Origin: a candidate division WOR-3 bacterium
Lineage (GTDB): Bacteria; Hydrothermota; 32-111
Assembly (NCBI GenBank): GCA_037481815.1
Contig: JBBFKX010000003.1
Span: 32,001 to 96,000, forward strand
Length of the DNA: 64,000 nucleotides
Direction: 5' to 3'
Under the pieces are notes generated by a model, which was not told the origin of the DNA, did no database searches, and worked only from the letters and a program-made list of their open reading frames with translations. Position numbers and translations under genes: made by a program. Positions 11,263-20,943 of the stretch are shown piece by piece; the first letter of the stretch is position 1; the number at the start of each line of letters is the position of its first letter.

Positions 11263-12188
11263 TTTTCAGGTCTCCTTTTTTCAACAAGCACTTCAACTAT
11301 CGATTTGACACAGATCTTTGCCATTTTTTCTCTTGTTTCTTCTGTTGCACTTCCTATATGTGGTAACAGAACAACATTGCTCATTCTTAAGAGTTCTTCT
11401 TCGATTATAGGTTCGTTCTCATAAACATCAAGACCGGCACCCTTTATTATGTCGTTTTTCAAGGCGTATACAAGATCCTTTTCCTTTATCAGTTTCCCTC
11501 GCGCTGTATTTATGATGATAGCATCTTTTTTCATCTTTTTAAACACTTCAAGATCAAACTTAAAAAGGGTTTGTTCATTTAAAGGTGCATTGATCGATAT
11601 GAAATCAGATTCTTTTATTAGTCTTTCAAAACTCACTTTTTTGCTTATACCATCTTCTATCGCAGTTTCATCGGTAAAGATCGTTTCCATTCCAAAACCT
11701 TTAGTCCTTCTTGCAACAGCTTTTCCAATCCTTCCGTAACCAAAGATCCCAAGAGTTTTACCAAAAAGATCTTTGCCCAGAAGAAGATCCGGTTTCCATC
11801 CTTTGAACTCACCTCTTCTTACAAAATTATCTCCTTCGACTATTCTTCTTGTGACAGCAAGAAGTAAAGCAAAAGCGATATCAGCAGTTGCTTCAGTTAA
11901 AACATCTGGAGTGTTTGAAACAAAAATATTTTTTTCTTTCGCATACGAAACATCAATGTTATCATATCCGACAGCATAGTTTGCAACTATCTTCAATTTT
12001 TTCCCTTTATCTAAAATATTTTTATCTATCCTATCACTTAAAAGACATAAAAGCCCATCGTAACCCTCTATAACCTGTTCTAATTTTTCATAAGAAATTC
12101 CATTCTCAAACAGATCAACATCTATTCCATATCCGTTAAGATATTTTTTCGTATCAAAAGGTAATTTGTGTGTTTGTAAAATTTTCAT
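11247..12188 (-). CDS. D-2-hydroxyacid dehydrogenase (glyoxylate/hydroxypyruvate reductase, D-glycerate dehydrogenase type)
   Basis: ANYAVGYDNID, GIFGYGRIG, INTARG, GLDVYENEP, LPHIGSAT. Confidence 0.9.
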   Translation of the reverse strand: MKILQTHKLPFDTKKYLNGYGIDVDLFENGISYEKLEQVIEGYDGLLCLLSDRIDKNILDKGKKLKIVANYAVGYDNIDVSYAKEKNIFVSNTPDVLTEATADIAFALLLAVTRRIVEGDNFVRRGEFKGWKPDLLLGKDLFGKTLGIFGYGRIGKAVARRTKGFGMETIFTDETAIEDGISKKVSFERLIKESDFISINAPLNEQTLFKFDLEVFKKMKKDAIIINTARGKLIKEKDLVYALKNDIIKGAGLDVYENEPIIEEELLRMSNVVLLPHIGSATEETREKMAKICVKSIVEVLVEKRRPEKCVNF

Positions 12189-12733
12189 AATCCCAGATCC
12201 TCCGAAATAGATTTCATCGCTTCAAGACAAATACTGATAAATTCTTCCAACTTTAAACCAGTTTCCTCTATCATCTGGATCTGTTCTCTGTTTGCACCAG
12301 CAGCAAACCTTTTTTCCTTAAATCTTCTGAGCACAAACTCTGTATCGATCTTATTTATCTTCTTTTCAGGGTGCATCAACGCTGATGCAACTATCAACCC
12401 AGTTAAAGGATCCACAGAAAAAAGAACCTTTTCGATAAGTTTTTCTCTCTCTTTATGACCTGGATGAGCGAGTATTGAATCAAGAATATTTTTTGTAACA
12501 TCAAGGTTTTTCAGTTTTTCAACTGTAAGGAAACCATGTTTTTGAGGATCCTTGAAGGTTTCTTTATAATCCAGATCGTGAAGAAGTCCTGCGAGGGCCC
12601 ATTCTTGTTCATCCTCTTTAAAATGTTTTGCAAGTGCTTTCATACACACTTCGCACGAAAGCATATGTTTCACGAGGTTCTGGTTGTCAACATTCTCTTT
12701 TACGAGTTTCAAAGCTTCATCTCTTGAGATCAT
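12185..12733 (-). CDS. HD/HDIG-domain phosphohydrolase
   Basis: KHML...GLLHDLDY...HG...ILAH; KEKRFAAGANRE. Confidence 0.85.
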   Translation of the reverse strand: MISRDEALKLVKENVDNQNLVKHMLSCEVCMKALAKHFKEDEQEWALAGLLHDLDYKETFKDPQKHGFLTVEKLKNLDVTKNILDSILAHPGHKEREKLIEKVLFSVDPLTGLIVASALMHPEKKINKIDTEFVLRRFKEKRFAAGANREQIQMIEETGLKLEEFISICLEAMKSISEDLGL

Positions 12734-12743
12734 TTAAACTCCT

Positions 12744-13550
12744 TCATTCTTCTTCGTTTTTGTTTTTCCTTTTGATAATGTCATTGTAAAGGTTCATATA
12801 CTTAAAAATCGAATCGTTCAATCCAATTTTATAATAATACTTTACGATCCTATCGTACGCATCAAAATTTGTCGAATCTATCGATATAACTTTTTTAAGA
12901 ATCTCTAATCCTTTTTTTTCGTTTTTTGATTTGAGGTTTAACTCTGCATAATTCATCAAAAGTTGACAATCAAAAGAATCAACTTTAAGCCCATCTTCGT
13001 AATATCTTTTCGCCTGTTCGATGTTTCCTTGAAGAAATTCTATATTACCCAGAAATTTATACGCTTCAACATTATTATTTTCCATCTGCAGAGATTTTAG
13101 AAGAAAATCTTTCGCTTTAACAGGATCATTTTTCCTGACGAAAACTTTTCCAAGAAGAAGGTATATTTTAAAATTTTCAGGCGAAAAATATTCCGCTTTT
13201 TTTAAATAATATTCAGAAGAGTCATACTCTCCCTTTTTATAAAATGATAAAGAATAGTTGTAATATAATGTTCCAACAACCTTTTCTATACCTATAAAAT
13301 CACCTTTTAAATCTTCATACCTTTTTGTGTTTATAACCGCTCTTTTGGTATCATAAAGTTTTTCATCTGAAAGAAAAATTATATCAGCAAGTGTTTTTTT
13401 ATCAGGTTTGATCTTAAAATTTTCCTCAGCAATCTTCAAAGCGTTCCTGTAATCACCTTTTTCCATGTAGGATCTGTAATCTTTCCGAGAACACGATATC
13501 GATATAATGATCAAGAAAAACAAAACTGACAATTTAAAGTATCTTCTCAT
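12744..13550 (-). CDS. TPR-repeat lipoprotein
   Basis: Lipobox ISISC after MRRYFK; TPR helices (LLLGKVF, KFLGNIEFLQGNIEQAKRYY). Confidence 0.8.
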   Translation of the reverse strand: MRRYFKLSVLFFLIIISISCSRKDYRSYMEKGDYRNALKIAEENFKIKPDKKTLADIIFLSDEKLYDTKRAVINTKRYEDLKGDFIGIEKVVGTLYYNYSLSFYKKGEYDSSEYYLKKAEYFSPENFKIYLLLGKVFVRKNDPVKAKDFLLKSLQMENNNVEAYKFLGNIEFLQGNIEQAKRYYEDGLKVDSFDCQLLMNYAELNLKSKNEKKGLEILKKVISIDSTNFDAYDRIVKYYYKIGLNDSIFKYMNLYNDIIKRKNKNEEE

Positions 13551-14571
13551 AAAGGTTCCCATTTTTTATCAACAAACTTTCAAATCTAACGCCATATTTC
13601 AAAGGTATGAATATCGACGAAGTCAGTTTAAAGATTTCCCCATCCTTTACAGTTCTATCTGTTACAAAGGTGTTTATCTCACCGGTTCCAGCACATGAAA
13701 CATAGGAAAAACCATATTCTATAGACATCTTTTCAAGTTTATGGCTCCTTAAATAATCCCTATAATTCATCTCACACTCTTTGATACTTCCTCTTTTAAC
13801 AAGGCCAGCAAGTAAAACATCTATTCCATCTTTTGCTATATTGAAAATTTTTTCTTTATTTTTGGACAATTTCCCAAAAGGAAAACTTCTCGAAAAAGAG
13901 AAACCAACACCACCTTTCATCACACCGATATCGAGAACAACTATTCTATTTTCTTTTAAAATGTCTCCATTAAGGGTTGGATATATCGTTTTTACATCAA
14001 ACCCAACATAGGTTGGTAAATATCTTTTGAATCCATCTTCATAGATCAAAAGATCGACTGCATTCCTGAGTTGAACATCCATGATTCCAGATTTTAACAT
14101 CCTTTCAACCTTATCAAAAATGAATTCCATCCTTTCGGCAATCTTTTTGATTTTTGAAATCTCATTTTTACTCTTTAAAGTTCCCAGAGTTTTTGAAGGT
14201 GAAACGAATTTAAATGTAACATAATCTTTAAAATAAAGAGAAAAAGAGGTGTTTACAAGTCCCACTCTTGTAATGCTATTCTCTTTTAAAATGTTCAACC
14301 ATTCTTTAAGAAACAATCTACCATTTTTCAAGTAATCTATGGTATCACCTTTTATAACCTCCACTGAATCAAAATTTCTCACCCTCGGGTATAGAAGGTA
14401 ATCGACTATAAGATAAACCTTCTTTTTTCCGATAAAAAGATTTGCATCATATTCACCATAGTTGAAAGAGAGATCTTTTTCAAGAAGATCAAAAACCTGC
14501 TCTGGATCATCTATAAAGATCATCTCCTTATCCTTTAAAAGATTTTGAATTATTTTTATTTTATTTTCCAT
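13534..14571 (-). CDS. M24 (Xaa-Pro aminopeptidase) fold protein, probably catalytically inactive
   Basis: KSKNEI, VVLDIG, GVRFES and YLLYDxR-like N-domain segments are recognisable, but several metal ligands are substituted. Confidence 0.7.
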   Translation of the reverse strand: MENKIKIIQNLLKDKEMIFIDDPEQVFDLLEKDLSFNYGEYDANLFIGKKKVYLIVDYLLYPRVRNFDSVEVIKGDTIDYLKNGRLFLKEWLNILKENSITRVGLVNTSFSLYFKDYVTFKFVSPSKTLGTLKSKNEISKIKKIAERMEFIFDKVERMLKSGIMDVQLRNAVDLLIYEDGFKRYLPTYVGFDVKTIYPTLNGDILKENRIVVLDIGVMKGGVGFSFSRSFPFGKLSKNKEKIFNIAKDGIDVLLAGLVKRGSIKECEMNYRDYLRSHKLEKMSIEYGFSYVSCAGTGEINTFVTDRTVKDGEIFKLTSSIFIPLKYGVRFESLLIKNGNLYEKIL

Positions 14572-15604
14572 AATTTTTCAACTCTTCATAAAAAAGTTTT
14601 AAAATCTCTTCGATCGGTCCCGTTTTTACTATCTCTCCTTTTTTGAAAAGAACTCCGGTTCCATTCCCACCCGTGATACCAAGATCAGCATCTTTTGCTT
14701 CTCCTGGACCATTGACAACACATCCCATCACTGCCACCTTTATTCTGCTGTTGACATTTTCAAGGATCTTTTCAACTTCCTTCTGAACAGAAATAACATC
14801 AAAAGTCGTTCTACTACATGTTGGACAAGCAATAACATCTGGCACATTTGAGTTTATATGTAATGAGGATAAAATCATCTTAGCAACATCAACCTCGTAA
14901 AGCGGAGATTCTGAAAGTGATACTCTTATAGTATCACCTACTCCGTTCAAAAGCAGATAAGATATACCTATAGAATTTTTTATCGAACCTCTCAGAAGTC
15001 CTCCTGCTTCAGTTACACCAAGATGTATGGGAAAATCCAATTCTTTCATTTTCATGTTTGCATCTATCATTTCCAAAACATCCGATGATTTAACAGAAAG
15101 AACAAGATTATCAAAATCGTTATCAAGAAAAAAATCAACCGATCTTTTTATCGATTCAAAAAGAGCATCAGCATTAGGATAATTATACTTTTCTAAAATT
15201 TCTTTTTCAAGTGAGCCACCATTTACACCTATTCTTATGGGGATACTTCTTTCTTTTGCAACTTTAATTATTTCGAGCAAATTTTTCTTTGAGATGTTTC
15301 CAGGATTTATCCTTATTTTTGCACAACCGATTTCAATAGCAGAGATTGCAAGTTTATAATCGAAATGAATATCAGCTATAATTGGACATGGAGAATTTTT
15401 AACAATCTTTTTCAAAGAATCTTTGCATTTTATGTCAGGATATGACACACGAACGATCTGGGCACCTCTTCTGTGGAGATCTTCTATTTGTTTTATAGTA
15501 CTTTCATAATCCTCGGTCTTTGTATTCGTCATCGATTGGATAACAACAGGATTTTTACCACCTATCGGAATATTTCCAACATATACAGTTTTTTTTGAGT
15601 TCAT
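14561..15604 (-). CDS. ispG: 4-hydroxy-3-methylbut-2-en-1-yl diphosphate synthase
   Basis: IQSMTNT, ADIHF, RINPGN, HLGVTEAG, CPTCSR, AVMGCVVNGPGEA. Confidence 0.97.
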   Translation of the reverse strand: MNSKKTVYVGNIPIGGKNPVVIQSMTNTKTEDYESTIKQIEDLHRRGAQIVRVSYPDIKCKDSLKKIVKNSPCPIIADIHFDYKLAISAIEIGCAKIRINPGNISKKNLLEIIKVAKERSIPIRIGVNGGSLEKEILEKYNYPNADALFESIKRSVDFFLDNDFDNLVLSVKSSDVLEMIDANMKMKELDFPIHLGVTEAGGLLRGSIKNSIGISYLLLNGVGDTIRVSLSESPLYEVDVAKMILSSLHINSNVPDVIACPTCSRTTFDVISVQKEVEKILENVNSRIKVAVMGCVVNGPGEAKDADLGITGGNGTGVLFKKGEIVKTGPIEEILKLFYEELKNYGK

Positions 15605-16863
15605 TCTTCAACCCTTTTGATCTTTGCTCCAATTTTTCTTAACTTCTTTTCTATAGATTCATATCCTCTGTCAATATGATATATCCTTTTTATCTCACTT
15701 TCACCTTCAGCTGCAAGAGCTGCTATTACAAGTGCTGCAGAAGCACGAAGATCTGAAGCCATTACTGGTGCACCTAAAAGTTTTTTTACACCTTTAATGA
15801 TCGCTTTGTTAGAATCAATCTTTATATCGGCTCCCATCCTTAAAAGTTCCGGTACATGCATAAACCTTTTTTCAAAAATATTTTCCGAAACTATGGATAT
15901 TCCATCTACAAGTGAGAGCAACGAAACAAACTGTGCTTGCATATCCGTTGGAAAGAAAGGATATGGCAAAACATCTATGTTTACAGGTTTCAAATTTTTT
16001 GATGATTTTATGTAAATTTCATTTTCTCCTATTGAGAGTTTGAAACCAATCTCTTTGAGTTTGTTTAAAACAGCATCCATATGTTTTGGATTGCATTTTT
16101 TTAAAATAAGTTCTCCACCTGTTATCACAGCTGAAACAAGTAGAGTTCCAGCTTCGATTCTATCAGGAATAACAGTATATTCAACAGGATAAAGTTTTTC
16201 AACACCATCAATCGTTAGAACAGGTGTATCTACTCCTGTTATCCTTGCTCCCATACTGTTTAAAAATCTTGCAACATCTGAAACTTCTGGCTCTAAAGCA
16301 GCTCCCTTTATTATTGTTCTACCATCCGCTTTAACAGCAGCCATCATAACATTTATCGTGGCTCCAACAGATGTTCCCCTGCTACCTTCAAGGAACATCT
16401 CTTTGCCTTTTAATTTTTTACACCTCGCTTTTATATATCCCTTTTCCAGTTTTATTTTACATCCAAGTTCTTCAAAACCTTTTAAATGTAAATCAATTGG
16501 TCTTTCACCTATAGCACATCCTCCGGGTAAAGATGCATCCACTTTTCCCTGTCTTCCGATCAACGCTCCCATAACATAGTAAGATGCTCTCATCTTTCTC
16601 ACGAAATCGTATGGAGCCACAAACCCAACCTTTGATGGAACATCTATTATAAGTGTATTTTTATCGAATTTAATCTTTGCACCTATGTATTCCAGAACCT
16701 TGATCATATGGTTCACATCATCAACATCAGGGACATTTCTGATGACACTTCTTCCAGTTGTTAGAAGAGTTGCAACCATTATCGGAAGAACCGAATTCTT
16801 TGATCCAGAAGTGTTCAGCTCTCCTGAAAGTTTTACTCCACCTTTGATTATGAATTTATCCAT
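15601..16863 (-). CDS. murA: UDP-N-acetylglucosamine 1-carboxyvinyltransferase
   Basis: SGSKNS, LPGGCAIGERPIDLH, DRIEAGT, FPTDMQ, DLRASA, HIDRGYE. Confidence 0.97.
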   Translation of the reverse strand: MDKFIIKGGVKLSGELNTSGSKNSVLPIMVATLLTTGRSVIRNVPDVDDVNHMIKVLEYIGAKIKFDKNTLIIDVPSKVGFVAPYDFVRKMRASYYVMGALIGRQGKVDASLPGGCAIGERPIDLHLKGFEELGCKIKLEKGYIKARCKKLKGKEMFLEGSRGTSVGATINVMMAAVKADGRTIIKGAALEPEVSDVARFLNSMGARITGVDTPVLTIDGVEKLYPVEYTVIPDRIEAGTLLVSAVITGGELILKKCNPKHMDAVLNKLKEIGFKLSIGENEIYIKSSKNLKPVNIDVLPYPFFPTDMQAQFVSLLSLVDGISIVSENIFEKRFMHVPELLRMGADIKIDSNKAIIKGVKKLLGAPVMASDLRASAALVIAALAAEGESEIKRIYHIDRGYESIEKKLRKIGAKIKRVEE

Positions 16864-16864
16864 A

Positions 16865-18073
16865 TTACTCCCTTTTTATGAATGGATCAAAATTTGAATA
16901 AAACTGAATATAACCTTTATCATAGAAAAAGTATTTTCCACCCTTTTGAATATCCCTGTAGTCGGTTTCGAATCCTTTTTTGGCAACAAGATATGAATTT
17001 TCACCCAACTTAACCTTTAAACTCAAAACGAATCTTGTTTGAAATGAACCATATGAATTCGTATCATCTTCTCTTTTTATATTCGAAATCACCTGGCCAC
17101 CACTTATATCAAAAATATTTTTTGAAAAAGTATAACCAACAAACAAAAGATCTGTTTCTTTTTCAAAAAATTGCTCAACTTCCCTATACCCTTTTTCGTA
17201 TAAAAGGTCAAACTGGTTTACACCTCTTTTGTACAAAAAAGAAAAAGATAATTTTATTCTCGCATCCCGTTCTTCTGTTGTATCAGTAAGGTTAAACAAC
17301 GAAGTTGCCAGGTTTAACATTGTCAGTCTAAATCCAGTTGATAAGATATTTTGTTCTTTCCTGTCAGTATAGAATATTTGAGAAAAGATATAGTCATAAC
17401 TTGTATCAACTGAAAAAGAATATAAGAAGGAATCTAAAACCTCATCATAAAAATAATGTTTTTCTCTTGTAAAAAGTTTTTTCCTGTATAAAGTTAAAAA
17501 TTCAAGTTTTTTTATTTCCCCTTTTGAATAAAGAGATAAAATGTATGGATTGTTCTCATATATCCGTGGTTTTTCTATAATATTCTCGTTCCAGTTTTTA
17601 TGGGAATAGTTGTTATCAAAATTTTCAAGTATCAACGAAAATCTGTTTTCGGTGTTAAAACCTTTAAAATCAAAATGGAATGTTAAATCTGACTCCTTTT
17701 TATAAAAGGTTGGGTTTGCGAAAAAACCTAAACCAAAAAAATCTTTAAATCTGTAAGTCAAACCGTATTCAAAAATTTTGTTATGGAATTCAAAATCATC
17801 ATAATAAAAGTTTATAAGTTCAAAATCCAAAGATTTTATCAAAGGAATTTTTAAACCCAACAAAGATTTAATCGAAAGTTGTTCGACATTGTAACAACCA
17901 CCAGATATCATAATAAAATTTTCTTTCTTTATAAGGTCGTTAAAAATGTTTATATCAAAATCTGAACAAAATTGATCAACGATATATTCTGAATCATATG
18001 ACTCAGGCAGAATATAAGGGAAAACGAAAAGAGGTAAAAGAAGAAAAACTAAAAAAATCCTTTTTTTATTCAA
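16865..18073 (-). CDS. Exported hypothetical protein, probable outer-membrane beta-barrel
   Basis: TTG start at 18073 with GAGGA RBS gives signal peptide NKKRIFLVFLLLPLFVFP; aromatic-rich alternating strands. Confidence 0.5.
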   Translation of the reverse strand: MNKKRIFLVFLLLPLFVFPYILPESYDSEYIVDQFCSDFDINIFNDLIKKENFIMISGGCYNVEQLSIKSLLGLKIPLIKSLDFELINFYYDDFEFHNKIFEYGLTYRFKDFFGLGFFANPTFYKKESDLTFHFDFKGFNTENRFSLILENFDNNYSHKNWNENIIEKPRIYENNPYILSLYSKGEIKKLEFLTLYRKKLFTREKHYFYDEVLDSFLYSFSVDTSYDYIFSQIFYTDRKEQNILSTGFRLTMLNLATSLFNLTDTTEERDARIKLSFSFLYKRGVNQFDLLYEKGYREVEQFFEKETDLLFVGYTFSKNIFDISGGQVISNIKREDDTNSYGSFQTRFVLSLKVKLGENSYLVAKKGFETDYRDIQKGGKYFFYDKGYIQFYSNFDPFIKRE

Positions 18074-18413
18074 TTTTAAAATCCTCTGCTTTTCCATAGA
18101 CGGTATCGATTTTAAGTAAATAGATCCTTAAAGTGTCCTTTTTATCAGGATCAACATTTATATCTTTTAAGATTTTTATAAGATGCTCAATTTGCTCTTT
18201 ATCCTCAACTGTTGAAAAAATTATTTTTGAATATTTATCAGAATCCTTTAAACGATATTTTAAACCCGAAAAAATTGGTATGTTGATGTTAACCGCTTGA
18301 TTTATAGTCTGTCCTTCAACTACAAAAGAATCGTTTATTCCACTTTCTACAAGTGAATTTAAAACATCCTCATAAAATTCTTCTTTATATAAAAGAAGTA
18401 TCATAAAAAACAT
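18066..18413 (-). CDS. PII-like small protein
   Basis: 115 aa; hydrophobic strand - EEFYEDVLNSLVESGI - strand - ...SKIIFSTVED pattern resembling PII-like folds; next to an antiporter. Confidence 0.5.
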   Translation of the reverse strand: MFFMILLLYKEEFYEDVLNSLVESGINDSFVVEGQTINQAVNINIPIFSGLKYRLKDSDKYSKIIFSTVEDKEQIEHLIKILKDINVDPDKKDTLRIYLLKIDTVYGKAEDFKIE

Positions 18414-18427
18414 ATATTTTCTCCTTT

Positions 18428-19549
18428 TTATTTTCGATAAAGATAGCTGAGCCAGAAAGGTGTTATAAGTGTGGTAAATAGAATCATGATCACAAATCCA
18501 TTGTAAACGACCTGATCCACAAATCCTCTTGAAAGTGCTATTGATGCTATTACAAGTCCAACCTCACCTCTTGGAATCATCCCCACACCAACCTTTATCG
18601 ATTCATCCAAGGTTAAACCATTGAAAAAACTCGCAACACCACAACCTACAACCTTTGAAAAAACAGAAATTATGATCAAAATAAAAGTGAAAAGCAAATT
18701 TATATCCTTAAGATTTATCGATGTTTTTAATCCAACAACAAAAAAGAAAAATGAGATAAAAAGAGTATCAACAATTATGTGGGTATTATCCAGAACCCTT
18801 TTTGAAAACCTCGTTTTCGAAATTGAAACACCTGCAACATAAGCACCAGTTATTCCTGCAATTCCCATCTGTTCAGAAAAATAGGAAAGAAACAACATAA
18901 GTATTACAGAGAGGCTTAAAACCATATCATGTGATTTAAAATTTGAAACAAAATGGAACGCTCTATTGATTATATAGGTGTATATTATGTAAATGAAAAA
19001 AACCAGAAGTAAGAGTTTCAAAACAACCAAAATAAAATTTCCTGAATGAAAAAGAAAAACGAACGAAATCGACATAAAAAGTATACCTATAACATCATCG
19101 ATAACAGCTGATCCCAAAATCGTTATTCCACTTCTTGTGTTCAACTTCCCTATTTCCAAAAGCGTCATTACAGTTATGGACACAGATGTTGCTGTCAAAG
19201 TCAAACCAACAATGTATGCCGAACTGAAACTGAATTTCATCAAAAGAAAGATAAAAGCACACAAAAATGGAACCAGAACACCAGACAAAGCGATTATGAA
19301 AGATGCTTTCCCCTGTTTTTTTATACTTTCAAGATCAGTCTCAAGTCCTGCAAGAAACATTAAAAAAAGGATACTTATATCCGAGAAAAATTCTATAGTG
19401 TTATCAACTTTTATAATTTTTAATATCGGTCCACATAATATTCCAAGAACTATTATACCCACAACCGAAGGAAGTTTTAATCTAACAAAAATTTCATTAA
19501 CAATTTTTGTTGCAAGAAGTATGAACACAAAAATAAATATCTCATTCAT
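18428..19549 (-). CDS. Cation:proton antiporter (CPA2/NapA family)
   Basis: LMFLAGLETD, TATSVSIT, SAVIDDVIG, GMIPRGEVG. Confidence 0.92.
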   Translation of the reverse strand: MNEIFIFVFILLATKIVNEIFVRLKLPSVVGIIVLGILCGPILKIIKVDNTIEFFSDISILFLMFLAGLETDLESIKKQGKASFIIALSGVLVPFLCAFIFLLMKFSFSSAYIVGLTLTATSVSITVMTLLEIGKLNTRSGITILGSAVIDDVIGILFMSISFVFLFHSGNFILVVLKLLLLVFFIYIIYTYIINRAFHFVSNFKSHDMVLSLSVILMLFLSYFSEQMGIAGITGAYVAGVSISKTRFSKRVLDNTHIIVDTLFISFFFFVVGLKTSINLKDINLLFTFILIIISVFSKVVGCGVASFFNGLTLDESIKVGVGMIPRGEVGLVIASIALSRGFVDQVVYNGFVIMILFTTLITPFWLSYLYRK

Positions 19550-20486
19550 TTTCTATCACCTTATAATAAAATTCTCCATCGAATTTATCGATTTTCAATT
19601 TTTCCTTTAGATCCTTTTCAAGTTCTTCAAGAATTATTTTTAACCTTTCAGAATCTATTCCCAAAGATATAGATATCTGTTCAAAAGTACATGGTCTTCT
19701 TTTTAAAAGTTCTTTCACTTCCTCTTTACCAACATTCGTTTTGTTGTTAACATCTTTCCCTGAAAAAACAAGATCTATCTGAACAAAATCTCCCAAAAGA
19801 TTTTTTATTCTTTCTTTATCCTCTTCATCTATAGGTTTTGCCTCAACGTATGCTGGTGGTCTTACAACAGTATTTATCTGTATTTTATCTACTCTCATTT
19901 TTTCAATAACTTTCCTTAAACCTATAAGATCGTTATCCGAGTCATTAACACCCTTAACAAGCAGTATTTCAAGAAAAAGTTTTCCTCTATACTCTTTTGA
20001 AAATTTTATCAACCCTTCTATAATATCTGAAAGTTTTAATTCTTTATTCGGCTGATTAACCTTTAAAAATGACTCTTCATTAACGGAATCAAGAGATGGA
20101 ATCACAATATCAAAATCCATCGATTCCCTTCTCACATCTTCTCTATAAAACAAAGATCCGTTAGTTAAAAGTGTTATAGGTAAAGTTGTTAACTTTTTAA
20201 CCTCATTTAAAATTTTTCCCATCTTTATGTTGAGGGTCGGTTCTCCTGAACCTGTAAAAGTTATACAGTCGATTCTTCCTGTATAATCTTTTAGAAATTT
20301 TTTTATCTGGGAAACGATTATTTCATCGTTGTGGAAATCTATTCTTTCAATTATTTTATCTGTTGTTTTTCCAACTTCGCAGTAGATACAATCGTATGAA
20401 CAATACTTTCGCTCGACAAGATCTATACCTAAAGAGTAACCTAACCTTCTCGATGGAACAGGTCCAAATATATATTTTTTGTTCAT
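19542..20486 (-). CDS. Radical SAM protein (FGPVPSRRLG family)
   Basis: CSYDCIYC motif, GSGEPTL; start moved to ATG 20486 because the -10 box overlaps 20495. Confidence 0.9.
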   Translation of the reverse strand: MNKKYIFGPVPSRRLGYSLGIDLVERKYCSYDCIYCEVGKTTDKIIERIDFHNDEIIVSQIKKFLKDYTGRIDCITFTGSGEPTLNIKMGKILNEVKKLTTLPITLLTNGSLFYREDVRRESMDFDIVIPSLDSVNEESFLKVNQPNKELKLSDIIEGLIKFSKEYRGKLFLEILLVKGVNDSDNDLIGLRKVIEKMRVDKIQINTVVRPPAYVEAKPIDEEDKERIKNLLGDFVQIDLVFSGKDVNNKTNVGKEEVKELLKRRPCTFEQISISLGIDSERLKIILEELEKDLKEKLKIDKFDGEFYYKVIENE

Positions 20487-20494
20487 AGATTGCA

Positions 20495-20522
20495 ATTATA
20501 ACATAAAGAAGTTAAAAGTCAA
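20495..20522 (-). promoter_or_regulatory. Sigma70-type promoter (TTGACT-16-TATAAT, extended TG) for the radical SAM operon
   Basis: Minus strand TTGACT 20522-20517 and TATAAT 20500-20495, preceded by TGT; ATG follows 8 nt later with no SD. Confidence 0.65.
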
Positions 20523-20529
20523 ATTGACA

Positions 20530-20931
20530 CTACTGTAAAACCAATGAACTGAAGATATACCATCTTTTCTTTTTCTTAACAAGTATATGTTCCATGTTGT
20601 TAAAAATTTCATCTTTGCCTTCAACTTGAAAAACCATCCTTGTGAAAACTCTTGCTGTCTCATCTGATAAAGAAATTATTGAAAAACTATCTATCCTGGT
20701 CTGGACATTCACACTGTTAAAAATAAATTCTACAGTTCTTTTCGTAGAATTGAACTTAAAAGTATCTTCAGGGTCAATTGTTTCCATATATCCTTTTATA
20801 TCTTTTCTGTTCATAGAATCGGTATTTTTGTAAATAACCTCTTTTATCGATTCAGAATCATTCTCTTTTATCTTTTCACATGAAGAAAAAATAAACAAAA
20901 AAAGGAATACAAAAAAAATTTTTTTCATCAT
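20530..20931 (-). CDS. Lipoprotein, NTF2/SnoaL-like
   Basis: Lipobox FSSC; helix SMNRKDIKGYMETI and C-terminal LVKKKKRWYI typical of NTF2-like folds. Confidence 0.6.
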   Translation of the reverse strand: MMKKIFFVFLFLFIFSSCEKIKENDSESIKEVIYKNTDSMNRKDIKGYMETIDPEDTFKFNSTKRTVEFIFNSVNVQTRIDSFSIISLSDETARVFTRMVFQVEGKDEIFNNMEHILVKKKKRWYIFSSLVLQ

Positions 20932-20943
20932 CCATAACTCCTT

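Noticed and set aside
20518..20528. Palindrome gtcaa-a-ttgac as an operator or divergent promoter
   Set aside because: It is short, and the plus-strand TTGACA has no matching -10; it is adequately explained by the minus-strand -35.
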